Assembly: GCA_963575745.1 (NCBI GenBank)
Contig: CAUYUJ010000214.1
Location: forward strand, 372,001-436,000
From: Prorocentrum cordatum
Lineage: Eukaryota
DNA: 64,000 nucleotides
Direction of reading: 5' to 3'
Every line of letters begins with the position of its first letter. Positions within the stretch are counted from its first letter, which is position 1. The position numbers and the translations under genes were made by a program. The notes beneath the pieces were generated by a model. It ran no database searches. It had not been told where the DNA came from and saw only the letters and a list, made by a program, of their open reading frames with translations. This document shows, piece by piece, positions 23,801 to 34,297 of this stretch.

Positions 23801-24022
23801 AGCCGTGGCAGCGCTCTCCTCAGCAAATCGTGTGAGCCCCCTCGCAAGAGCTCGGAGCGTTCCAAGCTGTTACGGGGGCTCCACCCTGGGACCAAACACA
23901 GACTGGGCCAGTCGTTTCCCCTTTCCTCCCTTCCCTTTTTTCCTCTTCCTCCCCCCCTGCCCGCCCCTGCCTCGTCCTCCACGGCTGGTCCCAGTTCTGT
24001 TGGTCCCCCCTTTTCGTTGTAG
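20849..24022 (+). CDS. Reverse transcriptase-RNase H polyprotein, N-terminally truncated (the track start at 20219 is read-through of repeats)
   Basis: TPDGF, KPVKGRRPIG, WDLLQFYEHI, RGIVAGS, LHVDD (21611-21622), NLGVD. Zinc motif CPMCGAGQDTLKHRCWEC. RNase H: LFTDGS, QTPGDAEHAA, KVAAH, AADHWAK. Terminal CKRC and YCVSCG..C..HP. Confidence 0.9.
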   Translation, partial: AWNASDVRVELPSFGLPEGRIPVTERVAPEALRHISSRFKRQTCTPDGFHPRHYSLLSDGALLALSWLYHLIDVLGQGPSRTQRLIVFLMSKPVKGRRPIGHYCGFARLHGKTHRNPCRSWESKVGLGPEFSMGQGRSALDTVWRQSVTAELYAGQKIHYGALMWDLLQFYEHICHEELLQQSILSEFPLYILLYTMSTYRWKRILLLDGAYGEPLFPCRGIVAGSTSATYEAKSFLLPTIVAHRGHDCTGLSLHVDDLSVHAWHQNVDDCVQQLRDLATSLAFIISQRLRVPLAEKKMFATANSSTLLAMIKDKLGTLAGQGTVAPANLGVDFAGGKHQLRPFARLVMKKRAKKFKFRISKLSGLKVSTKLKKRLFKAGILPTVSYGLDIQGVSPRELLSIRRSAGRVCGISKKGCNLDLLWAIEGKGDPIMLAGGCVRRYCWEWWHSSEVSRHGSPRHQDALSPGVLSKAFHSSVEVFQGTRGKPWFFRTRGPMSAMLLWLEAGGWTWEGPAVFLVRSGRRWTLTESPPSQIGEKFVADLAQVFLDKFFTKGLEIHSHPGNQDLIDRGVWLPLLQRVARNLSSQAKHLYLQVLSGALPTGESLRRWGYEVDASCPMCGAGQDTLKHRCWECQHPDIVRRRAEHFGPDLVQQALECDENILIFSRLWPAYPDVPPPSKDWCLKFFGAQGEPVDAFVFGPEAGLFTDGSCFHNTRPEIAKAGVSVVEMEDDGTCRRGVYSPLPSEYAQTPGDAEHAALALAVLRQERAVEPPPKAISVVCSALFVGVRSPGRALGGGSRSSFFWRSIARDIGTSSWISLRKVAAHRKLQDAVDESDARDIQGSTAADHWAKLGARAHDISPQELADFENAEGEYGSLVVGVLDILCGFPPCEAQFGKLKRPPRAKKPPRLKSDHVPVWHGNIQRCKRCLRQVSSKTQTPCGALNPALSDLLCGGGGSGHHLHWARVEESDMPVIYCVSCGGFATSRGSALLSKSCEPPRKSSERSKLLRGLHPGTKHRLGQSFPLSSLPFFPLPPPLPAPASSSTAGPSSVGPPFSL

Positions 24023-24075
24023 TCGGGCGTCGGCCGCTCATGAGTGACCAGACGTTGCGGAGTCTTGGAGTCTTG
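20850..24075 (+). mobile_element. 5'-truncated non-LTR retrotransposon (RT + zf-RVT-like + RNase H + Cys/His tail), flanked on both sides by (GAG)n
   Basis: Domain motifs as in the CDS entry below. The 3' end GGAGTCTTGGAGTCTTGGAGGAGG runs into (GGA)n. No endonuclease domain is present. Confidence 0.88.
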
Positions 24076-24474
24076 GAGGAGGAGGAGGAGGAGGAGGAGG
24101 AGGAGGAGGAGGAGCGAGGAAAGAGAAGCCAGTCAAAAGCCAGGAGCAGCGTTCCGGCCAAGTTGCAAATAGGCGAGCCGCCGCGCGCACCCGGGGACTG
24201 GAGCAGCGGACAGTAGCGCTGGCCTAAAGACCGCGGAGCTTTGTGGTGCTATCCGATAGTTTCCGGCGTTTCACAGTGGTGCTCCCGCTGCAGCGTGGGC
24301 CTCTTTCTCGGATCGGCGCTGCGCTCCCGTCGTTCAAACTGGAGAGCTTTTTGTGGTCCTCCTTCTTTCCTGTCTCATCCTCCGTTCGCAAGGTTTGTGA
24401 TTCCAGCCCGCAGTTTTCCGACTCCGGCACTCGTCTCCCCGACTCCGGCTCCCAACCGATTCCAGCTCCAGGGC

Positions 24475-25090
24475 GATTTACAGCCGGATGGATTCAAACC
24501 GGACGAATTAAAACAGGATGAATTTATACCAGACGGAATAATATCGGATGAATTATTTTAAACCGGCGAATTAACACCGGACGATCTCAAACAGACGAAA
24601 TTCAAAAAAAACTGATGCATTTAAACCAGACGAATTACAACCGGATGAATTTAAACCGGACGATGTATAACCGGATGAATTTGAACCGGACGAGTTAAAA
24701 CCGGATGAATTTAAACCGGACGAATTAAAGCCGGATGAATTTAAACCGGACGAGTTTGAACCGGATGAATTTGAACCGGCGAATCAACACAGGATGATTT
24801 TAAAACGGACGAATTAAAACGGGAGGAGCTTTGAATGGATCAAATAGACACCCGGGGCCACACAGTGGCCCACAGAGGAAATTCAAACTGGATGAGTTTA
24901 AACCGGACGAGCTAAAGCCGGATGATTTTTTTGACCGGACGAATTAAAATTGGAATGCAAACGCGGGAGAATTTAAACCGGATGAAATTAAACCGGGTGA
25001 AGCTACACGGATGAGATTAATCGGATGAAATTAACCGGATGAAATTAAACGGATGAAATTGAATTCGGATGAAACAAAAGTGAACCCCTT
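24475..25090 (+). repeat. 15-bp satellite (AAACCGGA(T/C)GAATT) array
   Basis: Directly visible. Confidence 0.9.
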
Positions 25091-27096
25091 CTTCCCCCCC
25101 TGCTTGTGCGAGCCCAGGCATCCTCGCGTCTTTTTTACGGAGGTTTGTTTTCGACGTTTTCGGCCTTTTCAGAGGCCCGAGGGCGCTCAACAAAAGAGCA
25201 CTCAGGACAAAAAGCCAGTCCCCGGAAAGGGGTCGGGACCGCTGCCGACGCCACGCGCCGCGACAAAGTGCAAGACGGGTTCGCAGACCAGCGCGGGCAA
25301 GGACGCGTCCGTTCGCGGAGGGGGGTTAGGTCCGGCGAGGGGTAGGGGAGGCGGGGAAGGGGTGGGGAGCGAGATGGGAGTGGAGGGGGATTGGGAAGGG
25401 GTGGAGGGGGCAGGGCTTTGAGATGGGAGGTGCGCGGGCGGGCGGGGGTATCAAGAGGCCTCGGCGCCACGCACTTGGCACGGCGCCGGCAGAGGAGTCG
25501 CCGCGGTCCACGACGCAGCCCAGCGAGGAGGGGATGACTCGCTCGGTGGACGAGCTCAGCGCGCCCGGCAGAGAGGCCACGCCCAGACTGTGAGCTGCAA
25601 GTGGGAAGATGGGGAAACGGAGGAGCAGGAGGAAGAGAAGGAGGAGGAAGAGGTGGTGGAGGAGGAGGAGGAGGATGAGGAGGAGGCAGCAGCATGAATA
25701 CAAGGCAACGACGAACACATCCCATAAAGTTTTCACTTTCGGGGCTCCAACGGGCTCCTCCTCCTTCCTCCTCCTCCTCCTCCTCTCCTCCTCCTCCTCC
25801 CCCTCCTTCTCCTCCTCCTCCTCCTCCTCCTCCTCCTCCTCCCTCCTCCTCCCTCCTCCTCCTCCTCCCTCCTCCCTCCCTCCTCCTCCTCCCTCCTCCT
25901 CCTCCCTCCTCCTCCCTCCCTCCTCCTTCCTCCCTCCTCCCCCCTCTCCCCCCGATGCACGCCTCCTGCAGCCCCTGCGGCCCCACAGCCCTCCCGTCAC
26001 CGCCCGCTCCATCCGTGCGCCCCCGCGCCCGGCACGGGCCGCGGGGGCCCGCCGCCCAGCGCTGACCGCTGGCTGCGCGGGCCCCGCCATGGGCCCGCGG
26101 GGTGCCGCCTGCGCCCTATGCGCCGTGGTCGGCCGGCCGTTTCGCCCCAGAGGCGGGTGTACATCAGAGCGTGAATGACCTGCCCCGCTTTCGCTTCCAG
26201 GCAAAACCAAGTCGTACCACGCGCCTCCTCGTCGAGCGGCCTGACCAGTACAGGCCGTCGTTTGGCATCGCTTGGCATCTCTTGGAAGCGAGGGTGGTCC
26301 AAAGCGAGGGGGGCATGTTTGCCCACTGGTACAGTCGGGGCCCTGAGGAAGGAACCCTTCTCGTTGGGGAGGGGCTCGGTGCTCCTCGATTGTTTTCAGA
26401 GTTTGCCTCGGGTTTCCCCGAGGTTTTCCACAGGAGATCGAAGGTTTGCCATATGGGAAAGAGGGGCCTCGCTCCTCATTCAGGGTTCCTTAGGTCAACG
26501 CCCCGACTGTAGCCAGGACCCCGGGTAAGGGGACCCGGTTAGTGGCAGGGCCCGGGGGGCCGCCCTCCCTCCCTTCCCCCACTCCTTACTCCCTCCCTCC
26601 CCCCCTCCGCCTCCTCCAGATCGCCGCGCAGGTTTCCCTCGCACTTCGCTGGCACAAAGAATCTAGAACGACCTCTCCGAGGCACCGCGCAGCTGTTCAC
26701 TTGCATGCGCCTGCACGCCACCGCAAATGTACACTGCGAGTTGCCGAATCATTTGCCGATGCGCCGTCTAGGCGCGGCCTTTGCCTTTTCCTGGGGCCCC
26801 TCAATTGGCCAGATTCACTAAACCAGGTTTGCCGTAGCTGGTGTTCTTCGGGTGACGGCAGTTCCGGTTGGTGGAAATGTGACGGGGGGGCGCTCCCGGC
26901 ACAAATCACCAAACAGGTTCCACTAAACCCAGTTCTGCCAACGCCCGACAGAGAGCCGACGCCCCCCCAAAAGCAAGCAGTGGCGAAGCGTCCTGGCGTG
27001 CCCATACACACTGTTCACTTCTGAACTGTTCGAGAGTTCTTGGATTTTTTTTGGGGGGGGGGCCAGGATCCTTGCAGTTCTCACTGCTATATTCTA

Positions 27097-27318
27097 GGCC
27101 TCCTAGATGGGGTCGGAGCAGATGGGGTCGGAGGATTGCGCCGCATCGCCGATGCATCGCCGATGCGGCTCGATGTGGAGCCCGATTTGCCTCACGCGGA
27201 CGGCGCCGATGCATCGCCGATGCATCGCCGATGCATCGCCGGTGCATCGGCGATGCATCGCCGAGGCATCGCCGATGCGGCGCGCCCTCCGACCCATCTA
27301 CTCCGACCCCATCTAGGA
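27097..27318. mobile_element. MITE with TIR CCTAGATGGGGTCGGAG.AGATGGG and internal (GCATCGCCGAT)n
   Basis: The right end CCTCCGACCCATCTACTCCGACCCCATCTAGG is the inverse of the left. A second copy is at 54879-55078 and a partial one at ~17755-17830. Confidence 0.85.
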
Positions 27319-27320
27319 CC

Positions 27321-27360
<40 letters not shown>

Positions 27361-30194
27361 GGTCGCCCCCCCCCCCAGCACCCCCAAACCACCAAAACCA
27401 CAAAATCTTCACTGATCGTTTCTCCTCGTCGCTCTCCTCCTCAAACCACAAAATCTTCACTGATCGTTTCTCCTCGTCGCTCTCCTCCTCCTCCTCCTCC
27501 TCCTCCTCTCCTCCTCGTCCTCCTCCTCCTCCTCCTCCTCCTCCTCCTCCTCCTCCTCCTCCTCCTCCTCCTCCTCTGGGGGACGCCCGAGACAGGCCCG
27601 ACTGAAGGTTTCCATCCGCTGCGCCTCGCCGAGGGCGCCCCGGGTGGCGCCAGCAGCGTCCCGCCACGGCCGCTCGAGGCCCGCCAGCCAGGGCCCGCGG
27701 GCCACGAGGAGGGCCCCCGGCTCCTGCGGGAGGCATCGGGCCTCCCACCTCCTCAATTCTCCTCCTCCTCCTCCTCCCCCCCCCTCCCCCCTCCTCTCCT
27801 CCTCCTCCTCCCTCCTCTCCCTCCTCCTCCTCCTCCTCCTCCTCCTCCTCCTCCTCCTCCTCCTCCTCCTCCTCCCCCTCCCCCTCCCCCTCCTCCTCGT
27901 CCTCCTGGGGTCCGAGCACGGTCCCGACAGCTTGCTTGGCGTGTCGCGTCGTCGGTTCCGGTCCACCACGCCTCGGCGCGACACGCTCGCCGCGTCCCAG
28001 TCCCCAAGCGTCAGCTTCCCGACCTTCTCCCAGCCGCCCGCCACGCGGAGCGGAGCGACATGCTATCGCATGCAGGGCACAGCGCGTCGCTGGGGCCTCC
28101 TCCCCCCTCCTCCCCCTCCTCCCCCTCTCCTCCTCCTCCTCCTCCTCCTCCTCCTCCTCCTCCTCCTCCTCCTCCTCCCCCTCCCCCTCCTCCTCCTCCT
28201 CCTCCTCCTCCTCCTCCTCCTCCTCCTCCTCCTCCTCCCTTCCTCCTCCACAATTACTCAATATGAATACTACTCTCCCTCTTCCCCTGATGACGTCTTG
28301 GGTCCCCCCCCCCGCGTACTGTTTTTTTACACACAGGTTTCCCTGGAGTTGGGTTTTCGTTTGCATTTTTGTCCAACATGCTGTTCTCGCTGAAGCGCCG
28401 GCCTCATTTTCGGGCCCCGCTCGTTCCGAATCATGCTCCCGCTGCAGCGCTGACATCATTTCCGCCAGCGCCCGGGCTGCACGCCCGAGCCGTCGCCCGG
28501 GCCGGCGCTCGAGCCGGGTCCGGAGCCGGTTCCGGCCGGCGCCGGAAAATCGAGTTCCGAGGCGGCGCCGAAAAAAGGCCATTCCAACACAATTGTTTTT
28601 GAAAATGCTGAGTTTCTGCTTCTGGCGCCCGGGAAGCCTTCCCCGGAGTTAGGTTTTCGCCGGCATTTTTTCCCAAAATGCTGCTCTCGCTGAGGCGCCG
28701 GCCTCATTTTCGGGCCCCGCTCGTTCCGAATCGTGCTCTCGCTGCAGCGCTGGCCTCATTTCCGTGCTTCCGCTCGTTCCGACTCGTGACGAGTCGAAAC
28801 GAGCGGCAGCGCTGGCGTCATTTCCCGTGCCATGCCACGGCATGCAATGCAATGCTCGGTTGATACTACGCTTCGCGGTGCTCTTCTACGCCATACCATG
28901 CCGTGCTCTACAATGCATCGCGTACCCTTTCGGGATCATCGCCCTGCTTGACATCCGACTGTGCGAGTAGAGAGGGGATCTGCGCCATGGTAAGGGATGG
29001 GAGGGATGGGTAGGATGTCAGATATGACGCGAGCGCACCTAGCTTGTCCTCCCCCCTCCCCCTCCCCCTCCTCCTCCTCCTCCTCCTCCTCCTCCTCCTC
29101 CTCCTCCTCCCCCTCCCCTCCTCCTCCGCCGCCGCGACACGCGTAGCAAAAGTTCCCGACCGCAGATGGGATCGGATGATCGCACCGCGCTGCCGATGCC
29201 CTGCGATGTGGCGCAATGTGGCTCCCCTTTTTCTCGACGTCGACGGTGGCGGAGCATCGCCAACGTCGCCAATGCACAGGGGATGCATCGGCGAGCTTCC
29301 CCCTGGAGAGTGTGTCCGATCGCTCCGGGTCCCTCGGGGTTGGCAGTCCGACCACGGTCCCATGGTTTGCTTGTTGCTTTGCGGCCAGCACCGCGCTATC
29401 CCCCTCGTCTCGGGTGTTGCTAGAAGTGCTCCTGGCCCAAGGTGCCACCAGGATTTCCAAGGAGGTCCCCACGGCCTCCAGAGCACCCCTCACGAGGCCA
29501 AGAGGGCCCCAGGAGCTTCAACATTAGGCGAAAAGCTGTGGGCACATTGAGCCAGGGGCACTTTGAGCAACCCCCGATCGTCTGGTGCGCCCAGATCTCG
29601 TCAACAATCGGATAGGATTCCGAAAAATATTTGGGTGACAGGCCAGTGGAAGGCGGGCTCGCAGGAGGTTCGGGCTCCCGCAAAGGGTGTGTGTGCGCCG
29701 GGGTATGTGTGAGTTCGATCGGTTTTTGCACCGAACCACCCCAGACAGATGCCCCCCAGCCGCCCGCAGCTCCCGATAGTTTCGGATAGGTGGGGCATGT
29801 GGGGGGCATCTGTTTTCAGCAGTTCGGCGCACCAACGGATCGAACTCATGCCCCCGTCAGGGTCCCCCCCGCCCGTTTTGGCCGATCCCGACAGGTGAAG
29901 GATCAGATTGCGAAGAATATTGGAGACCAGACGGTGGAGCATAGAACCGAGATCTTCCGGGCGCAGATTCAAGCGTATTATGCCAAGTGGGTGCCAATTG
30001 GCTCCAACATACGCTATCTTTCGGTGGCACATCCTGGGAGCCTGGCATGCCCTCTGAGTCTCCGTCTTTAGCGTTGGCTAGCGTCGGGGAGTCGAAGATA
30101 TAGCGCCGATGTGGCGTCGGTTAGCGTCGAACTAGCGTCGATTAGCGTCGACTCGGGTTGATTAGCGTCGAGTCGCAAGAGCCGACAAGATGGT

Positions 30195-30995
30195 ATGGGA
30201 GGCTCCCATGAGATGCCACCGAACTGTCTAACAGATGAGGATATGGACGACTCGGTTCGCAAGATCTCCATGTTACTGGCAGCGAAAGGCATCACAGATG
30301 TGGATAAAGCCTATTTCAATCTCCGTCCAGGTGCATTCCGAGCTGATGTTTGGAGGCTCATGCAGCTATGGGCTGAAGGCGGTGTATACTTGGACGCAAA
30401 CATAAACCTCACGCATGAACTAACCTATTGGATCGATTTCTCCAACGATGAGCTAGTAGTCGTTAGGGACACAGGCGTGAAAGATGGCATTTGGAATGCG
30501 ATGATGGCGGCTGAGCAAGGTAACCAGTACCTTCAGAATGCACTTGCGGACATCACTAGCCATATCCTCACACATTATTACGGGACAAATCCATTGGCAA
30601 TTACAGGTCCGATTGCGTTGGGCTCATCATTCATGAAAGATCACAGATACCCCAATGGCTTACGCCGCGAACTTGAATGGAAAGGCGGAAAAGTTAACAA
30701 CACAAAGACGGCAGAGGTTGTGGCGCAAAAAGATGAAAAGTTGCACGACAAGGACCCGAGCAAGCACTACGATCCGATGTGGCGCCACCACCAGGTGTAC
30801 TGCGACCAGAAGGGGCCTACACCCGACAACGGCAAGTGCCCAGAGGGATCCTGGAAGAACGCGGACGGGAGCGTCAAGTACGTCGACCATGTGGTTCATC
30901 ACAGCACCGTCGCGAGCCATGCGGGACATCAGGCCGCAAGCCACGGCTACGAGACCCGACGGCGCAGATTCACCCGCCACATGACGACACGATGA
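30195..30995 (+). CDS. Glycosyltransferase family 32-like (DxD sugar-binding, OCH1/SUR1-like) segment; N-terminus missing or in upstream exons
   Basis: Motifs TDEDM, AFRADVWRLMQLWAEGGVYLDAN, IWNAMMAA and AITGPIALG match the GT32 pattern D..R...L...GG.Y.D.D/N...TGP. Confidence 0.8.
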   Translation: MGGSHEMPPNCLTDEDMDDSVRKISMLLAAKGITDVDKAYFNLRPGAFRADVWRLMQLWAEGGVYLDANINLTHELTYWIDFSNDELVVVRDTGVKDGIWNAMMAAEQGNQYLQNALADITSHILTHYYGTNPLAITGPIALGSSFMKDHRYPNGLRRELEWKGGKVNNTKTAEVVAQKDEKLHDKDPSKHYDPMWRHHQVYCDQKGPTPDNGKCPEGSWKNADGSVKYVDHVVHHSTVASHAGHQAASHGYETRRRRFTRHMTTR

Positions 30996-31319
30996 GCCGA
31001 CCTGCTCGGCCTGCCGCGCGGGCGGGGCCCGCCGCCCTGGGCCGGCCTCGCATGGACGACCCCCTCGTTGCCCCGTGCGCGGCGTCTCGTGCGATGCCGA
31101 GGCTGTCTCCAACTCCAGGGCAGGAACACGATTGCCATGACCAAGATGTCGCGGCAATCTGTCGACGCCGACCTTGGTCCTGGCGCATGCCGGCCGTCGC
31201 CGATGTTCGAGGATGACCCACGGATTGACGATGACCGAAGGAGGACGATGATCAATACCAGTCTTGGTCATGGTCCTCTCAGGGGCGACGACAGGGAGGG
31301 ATAGGCATAGGGAGGGATG

Positions 31320-31450
31320 CATCGACCCCCGATCGCCCATCGATCGCCGATAGGGGTCTGATAGCCCCAACCTGCCCGGGAGCATGCGGATTCACCATCG
31401 GAGGCCCCTCGCCGCTCTATCGGCGATATACCGCCGATTCCAGCTCGATG
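31320..31450. mobile_element. ~130-bp MITE-like dispersed repeat (CATCGA...TCGATG ends)
   Basis: Homologous copy at 52467-52595. Confidence 0.65.
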
Positions 31451-31530
31451 GCCCTCCCTCGTGCCAGTCCCCCTTCTCGTTGCCCCCCGTCCTTGTTCTC
31501 TTGCCCTCCGTTCCATCGGCAACACCCCAA

Positions 31531-31714
31531 CATACTTATACTATATGTGCGTCGCCCCCCCAGGGGCGACGCGCGCACCGAGAAATCTTATAGTATATGC
31601 GTCGTGGCGGGCGCTTTCTGGCCACACCGCTCGGGAAACGATATACTACAAGGTGGGTATACTATATGTTCGGGTCGGACGCGCGCCTCTAAGGAGGACA
31701 CATAGTATTAGTAT
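31531..31714. mobile_element. MITE-like element with TIR CATACTTATACTAT..GTG / CACATAGTATTAGTATG
   Basis: Imperfect ~18-bp inverted termini; single copy in the window. Confidence 0.6.
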
Positions 31715-33300
31715 GTCCATGTGCGTCCCATTCCAGTCTTATCGTTGCCCCTCGTCCTCGCTCTCGTGCCCTCCGCTCCAATCGCGCCGGGCTCGTGCCG
31801 CGTCCGACGCGGCAGCGCCCCTTCTGGTGCGGGCGCCCCTGGCTCCGAGCGGCGCCCGCGCCCCGGTTGTCGGCCGACGTCGAGCGATCCGCGCTGTCGG
31901 AGGCCGGGGGCGGAAAAGAGGGGGGGGGGGGAATATCATGGCGGGGGCCATGATATTTCCCCAGATGTCATGGCGCCTCTCCTTGTTTCATTGCGTCCCT
32001 GGCCCTCCCGCTGGGCCGCGCACACGCCGCCGGTCATGATTTGCACCCCCCCCCCTCTCGGACACCCCCCTCTTGGCCGCTCCCGAGGAGGCATGCGATC
32101 GCTCAAGGCTGAAGTCCGGCGTGCCCCCCTTCACTACAGGAGGAATATTCACGATGGGCAAGAGATAGTCGGGAGACGATTGTTCGAGCATTTGTTGACC
32201 ATGCTTGAGTATTCTTTGACTATTTCTTTTTCGTCCAAGATCCGCCTGTCGGGGGACATGCCCGACCTAATGGAGGATGACGATTCATAAATGACCGGGG
32301 GTCGTGTTCACGCGGCGGCGCCCGGGATGACGATTAGAAAAAACCGGCCGCGGGCTGGGCAACTACTCTTTAATCGTTCTCATCCAGTGAGAAAATTATG
32401 CAGAAATAGCAGAAAACTATGTTTTTCATTGTTCTCTCCAATTTGTTTAATTAATCGTCATCCCGCATGAACTCAAGGCCGAGCGATCCGCGCGGTGCCA
32501 GAGGCCAGGGCCGCAGCCGTCACGGCACGGCACGAGCCGGCCGCAGGCGCGCGCGCTGGCGCTTGGGGCGCCCGCTGGAAGCGCAGGCGGCTCCGTGGAA
32601 ATGGCGCGGCGCCTCCTCCTCCGCCTCCTCCGCCGCCTCCTCCGCCTCCTCCGCCTCCTCCGCCTCCTCCTCCGCCCCCTCGATTTCCTCGTCCTCCCCC
32701 TCCTCCTCCTCCTCCTCCTCCTCCTCGTCCTCCTCCTCCTCCTCCACCCCCTCCTCCTCCTCCTCCTCCTCCTCCTCCTCCTTCTTCTCCTCCTCCTCCT
32801 CCTCCTCCTCCTCCTCCTCCTCCTCCTCCTCCTCCTCCTCCTCCCCCTCCTCCTCCCCCTCCTCGTCCTCCTCCTCGTCCTCCTCCTCTTTTTTTTGCCA
32901 TCAACCGCGATGCCTCCGAAGAAAGCTGCACCCCGATGGCCACGCCGAACAGCACGACGATGAAAACGAACCGCACGATGCGCCAAACCAGTGCAGCGAA
33001 TACAAGAGAATGCGAGACACCACCCCCTTGCACCACGAGAAGATATTGACGGGATACACAGCCTTGCCGAAATTCGAGAGGAAATTGACCACTGCCAAAA
33101 CAGGCGTCACAATGAAGTGAGAACGAGGAAGTAACCACATTCAGAACCGCAAGCCACCGCAGTGGCGAAGGCACCAGTAAGCCCTGCCACGTAGAAAGGA
33201 TGCCATCACACCAAAGATCCGTCCGAATGAGCCGAAGAATTTGCACCAGAATGCCGAGCGATACAGCAATGAATATCCCAAGAAAATTGAATAGTGAAGG

Positions 33301-34203
33301 CTAAAGTCCCAGGTAATCGTCGATATCGGAAGGATCGAAGATACTCCCGTCGTCGAAGCCGTCGCACCACGAAGAAGTGACCGAAGGACCTCGAGGAAAT
33401 GGTACTTCGCCTTGCCCACCAGAGAACAAAAGACCCTCACCAGGATCGTGAGGGAGATCCACAGGAGCCCAGCTCTGAGAAAGATCCCGAGGAACCCGTG
33501 CAGGCGGAGCACCCACAGGCTCAGGAACGGAATCTGCGACCTCGCGAGACTGCTCCTCTGGGGAGGGGGTCACGGCGCGGAGGCCCTCCAGCTCCACCAA
33601 CGCGGCCGAGGAGAAGACGACTGCTCCACAAGTGCAACGAACCCCACGATCTCCACAACGTTCGCGCCGAACACCAGAGGCGAGACCCGCGGGCGGCGCC
33701 CCCACCAGCGGCTCCCAAGTCCCCGCTTCCGGGATGAAGACCTGCTCCTTCACCTCCTCAGCGGCCCTGGGAACGAGGGCAGGGGCCTCGGCCCGCAACT
33801 CGCCGTGGCGCTCCCGCCTCGCCTCGAGCCGCAAGGACTTCTGGAAGTGCTTCAGCTCGGGCACCGTGGCGGCCACAAGAGAGCGGCCTTGCGCATCTGC
33901 GTGGAGCGCCACGTTACGGCGGAGGATGTCCTCCTGCTGAGGCGAGGCGCCTCGGAGGAGTGCAGCCAGGGCGGGAACCAACGCGAGGACACGGTCGGCA
34001 AGCTCGGCGTCGCCCAGGATCAGGCTAACGGAGTCCACGACCGAGGTATAGCGCTCCTGCAGAGCGGCAGCCTCGTTCTGGAGACGCCGTACCAGAGCAT
34101 CGGCCGACTGCCGTGCATGAGCGCGAGCACGTGACCTCCGCGAAGAACTCGAAGAAAATCTGGCGCCACCGTCCGGGGCGCCTCCCGCAGCCACCTGTGC
34201 CAT
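33301..34203 (-). CDS. Hypothetical 300-aa protein (MAQVAAGG...; helical N-half with LRRNVALHA, CTCG motif)
   Basis: First ATG after the innermost SL relic; uninterrupted ORF with non-repetitive composition. Confidence 0.55.
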   Translation of the reverse strand: MAQVAAGGAPDGGARFSSSSSRRSRARAHARQSADALVRRLQNEAAALQERYTSVVDSVSLILGDAELADRVLALVPALAALLRGASPQQEDILRRNVALHADAQGRSLVAATVPELKHFQKSLRLEARRERHGELRAEAPALVPRAAEEVKEQVFIPEAGTWEPLVGAPPAGLASGVRRERCGDRGVRCTCGAVVFSSAALVELEGLRAVTPSPEEQSREVADSVPEPVGAPPARVPRDLSQSWAPVDLPHDPGEGLLFSGGQGEVPFPRGPSVTSSWCDGFDDGSIFDPSDIDDYLGL

Positions 34204-34213
34204 CCCCTGCCGG

Positions 34214-34297
34214 CTTGAGCCCAAATGGCGGAGCCACCGGGCTCTGAACCAAACGGCAATGGGCCAGGCACCTGGCATGAGCCAAAATGGCTACGGA
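34214..34297 (-). other. Stacked dinoflagellate spliced-leader (DinoSL) sequences
   Basis: Full SL at 34297-34276 (1 mismatch). Degenerate GCCGTTTGGTTCAGA at 34257-34243. Relic GCCATTTGGGCTCAAG at 34229-34214 (15/16). Confidence 0.88.

Larger units (their letters stand above)
32889..34297 (-). mobile_element. Retroposed copy of a trans-spliced mRNA (SL-capped, poly(A)-tailed, intronless), embedded in (GAG)n
   Basis: Begins with TCCGTAGCCATTTTGGCTCATG (21/22 to DinoSL) and ends with A8 at 32896-32889. GAG repeats abut both ends. Confidence 0.8.

Noticed and set aside
26130..27020. Non-repetitive stretches with short ORFs (also 32095-32290, 38050-38620, 47740-48000)
   Set aside because: No recognisable domain in any frame. 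They may be exons or decayed elements, but this cannot be supported from sequence alone.
34204..34278. Track start codon at 34278 for the 325-aa ORF
   Set aside because: That ATG is created by the single mismatch in the SL (CAAG to CATG). The ATG at 34203 is the likelier ancestral start.
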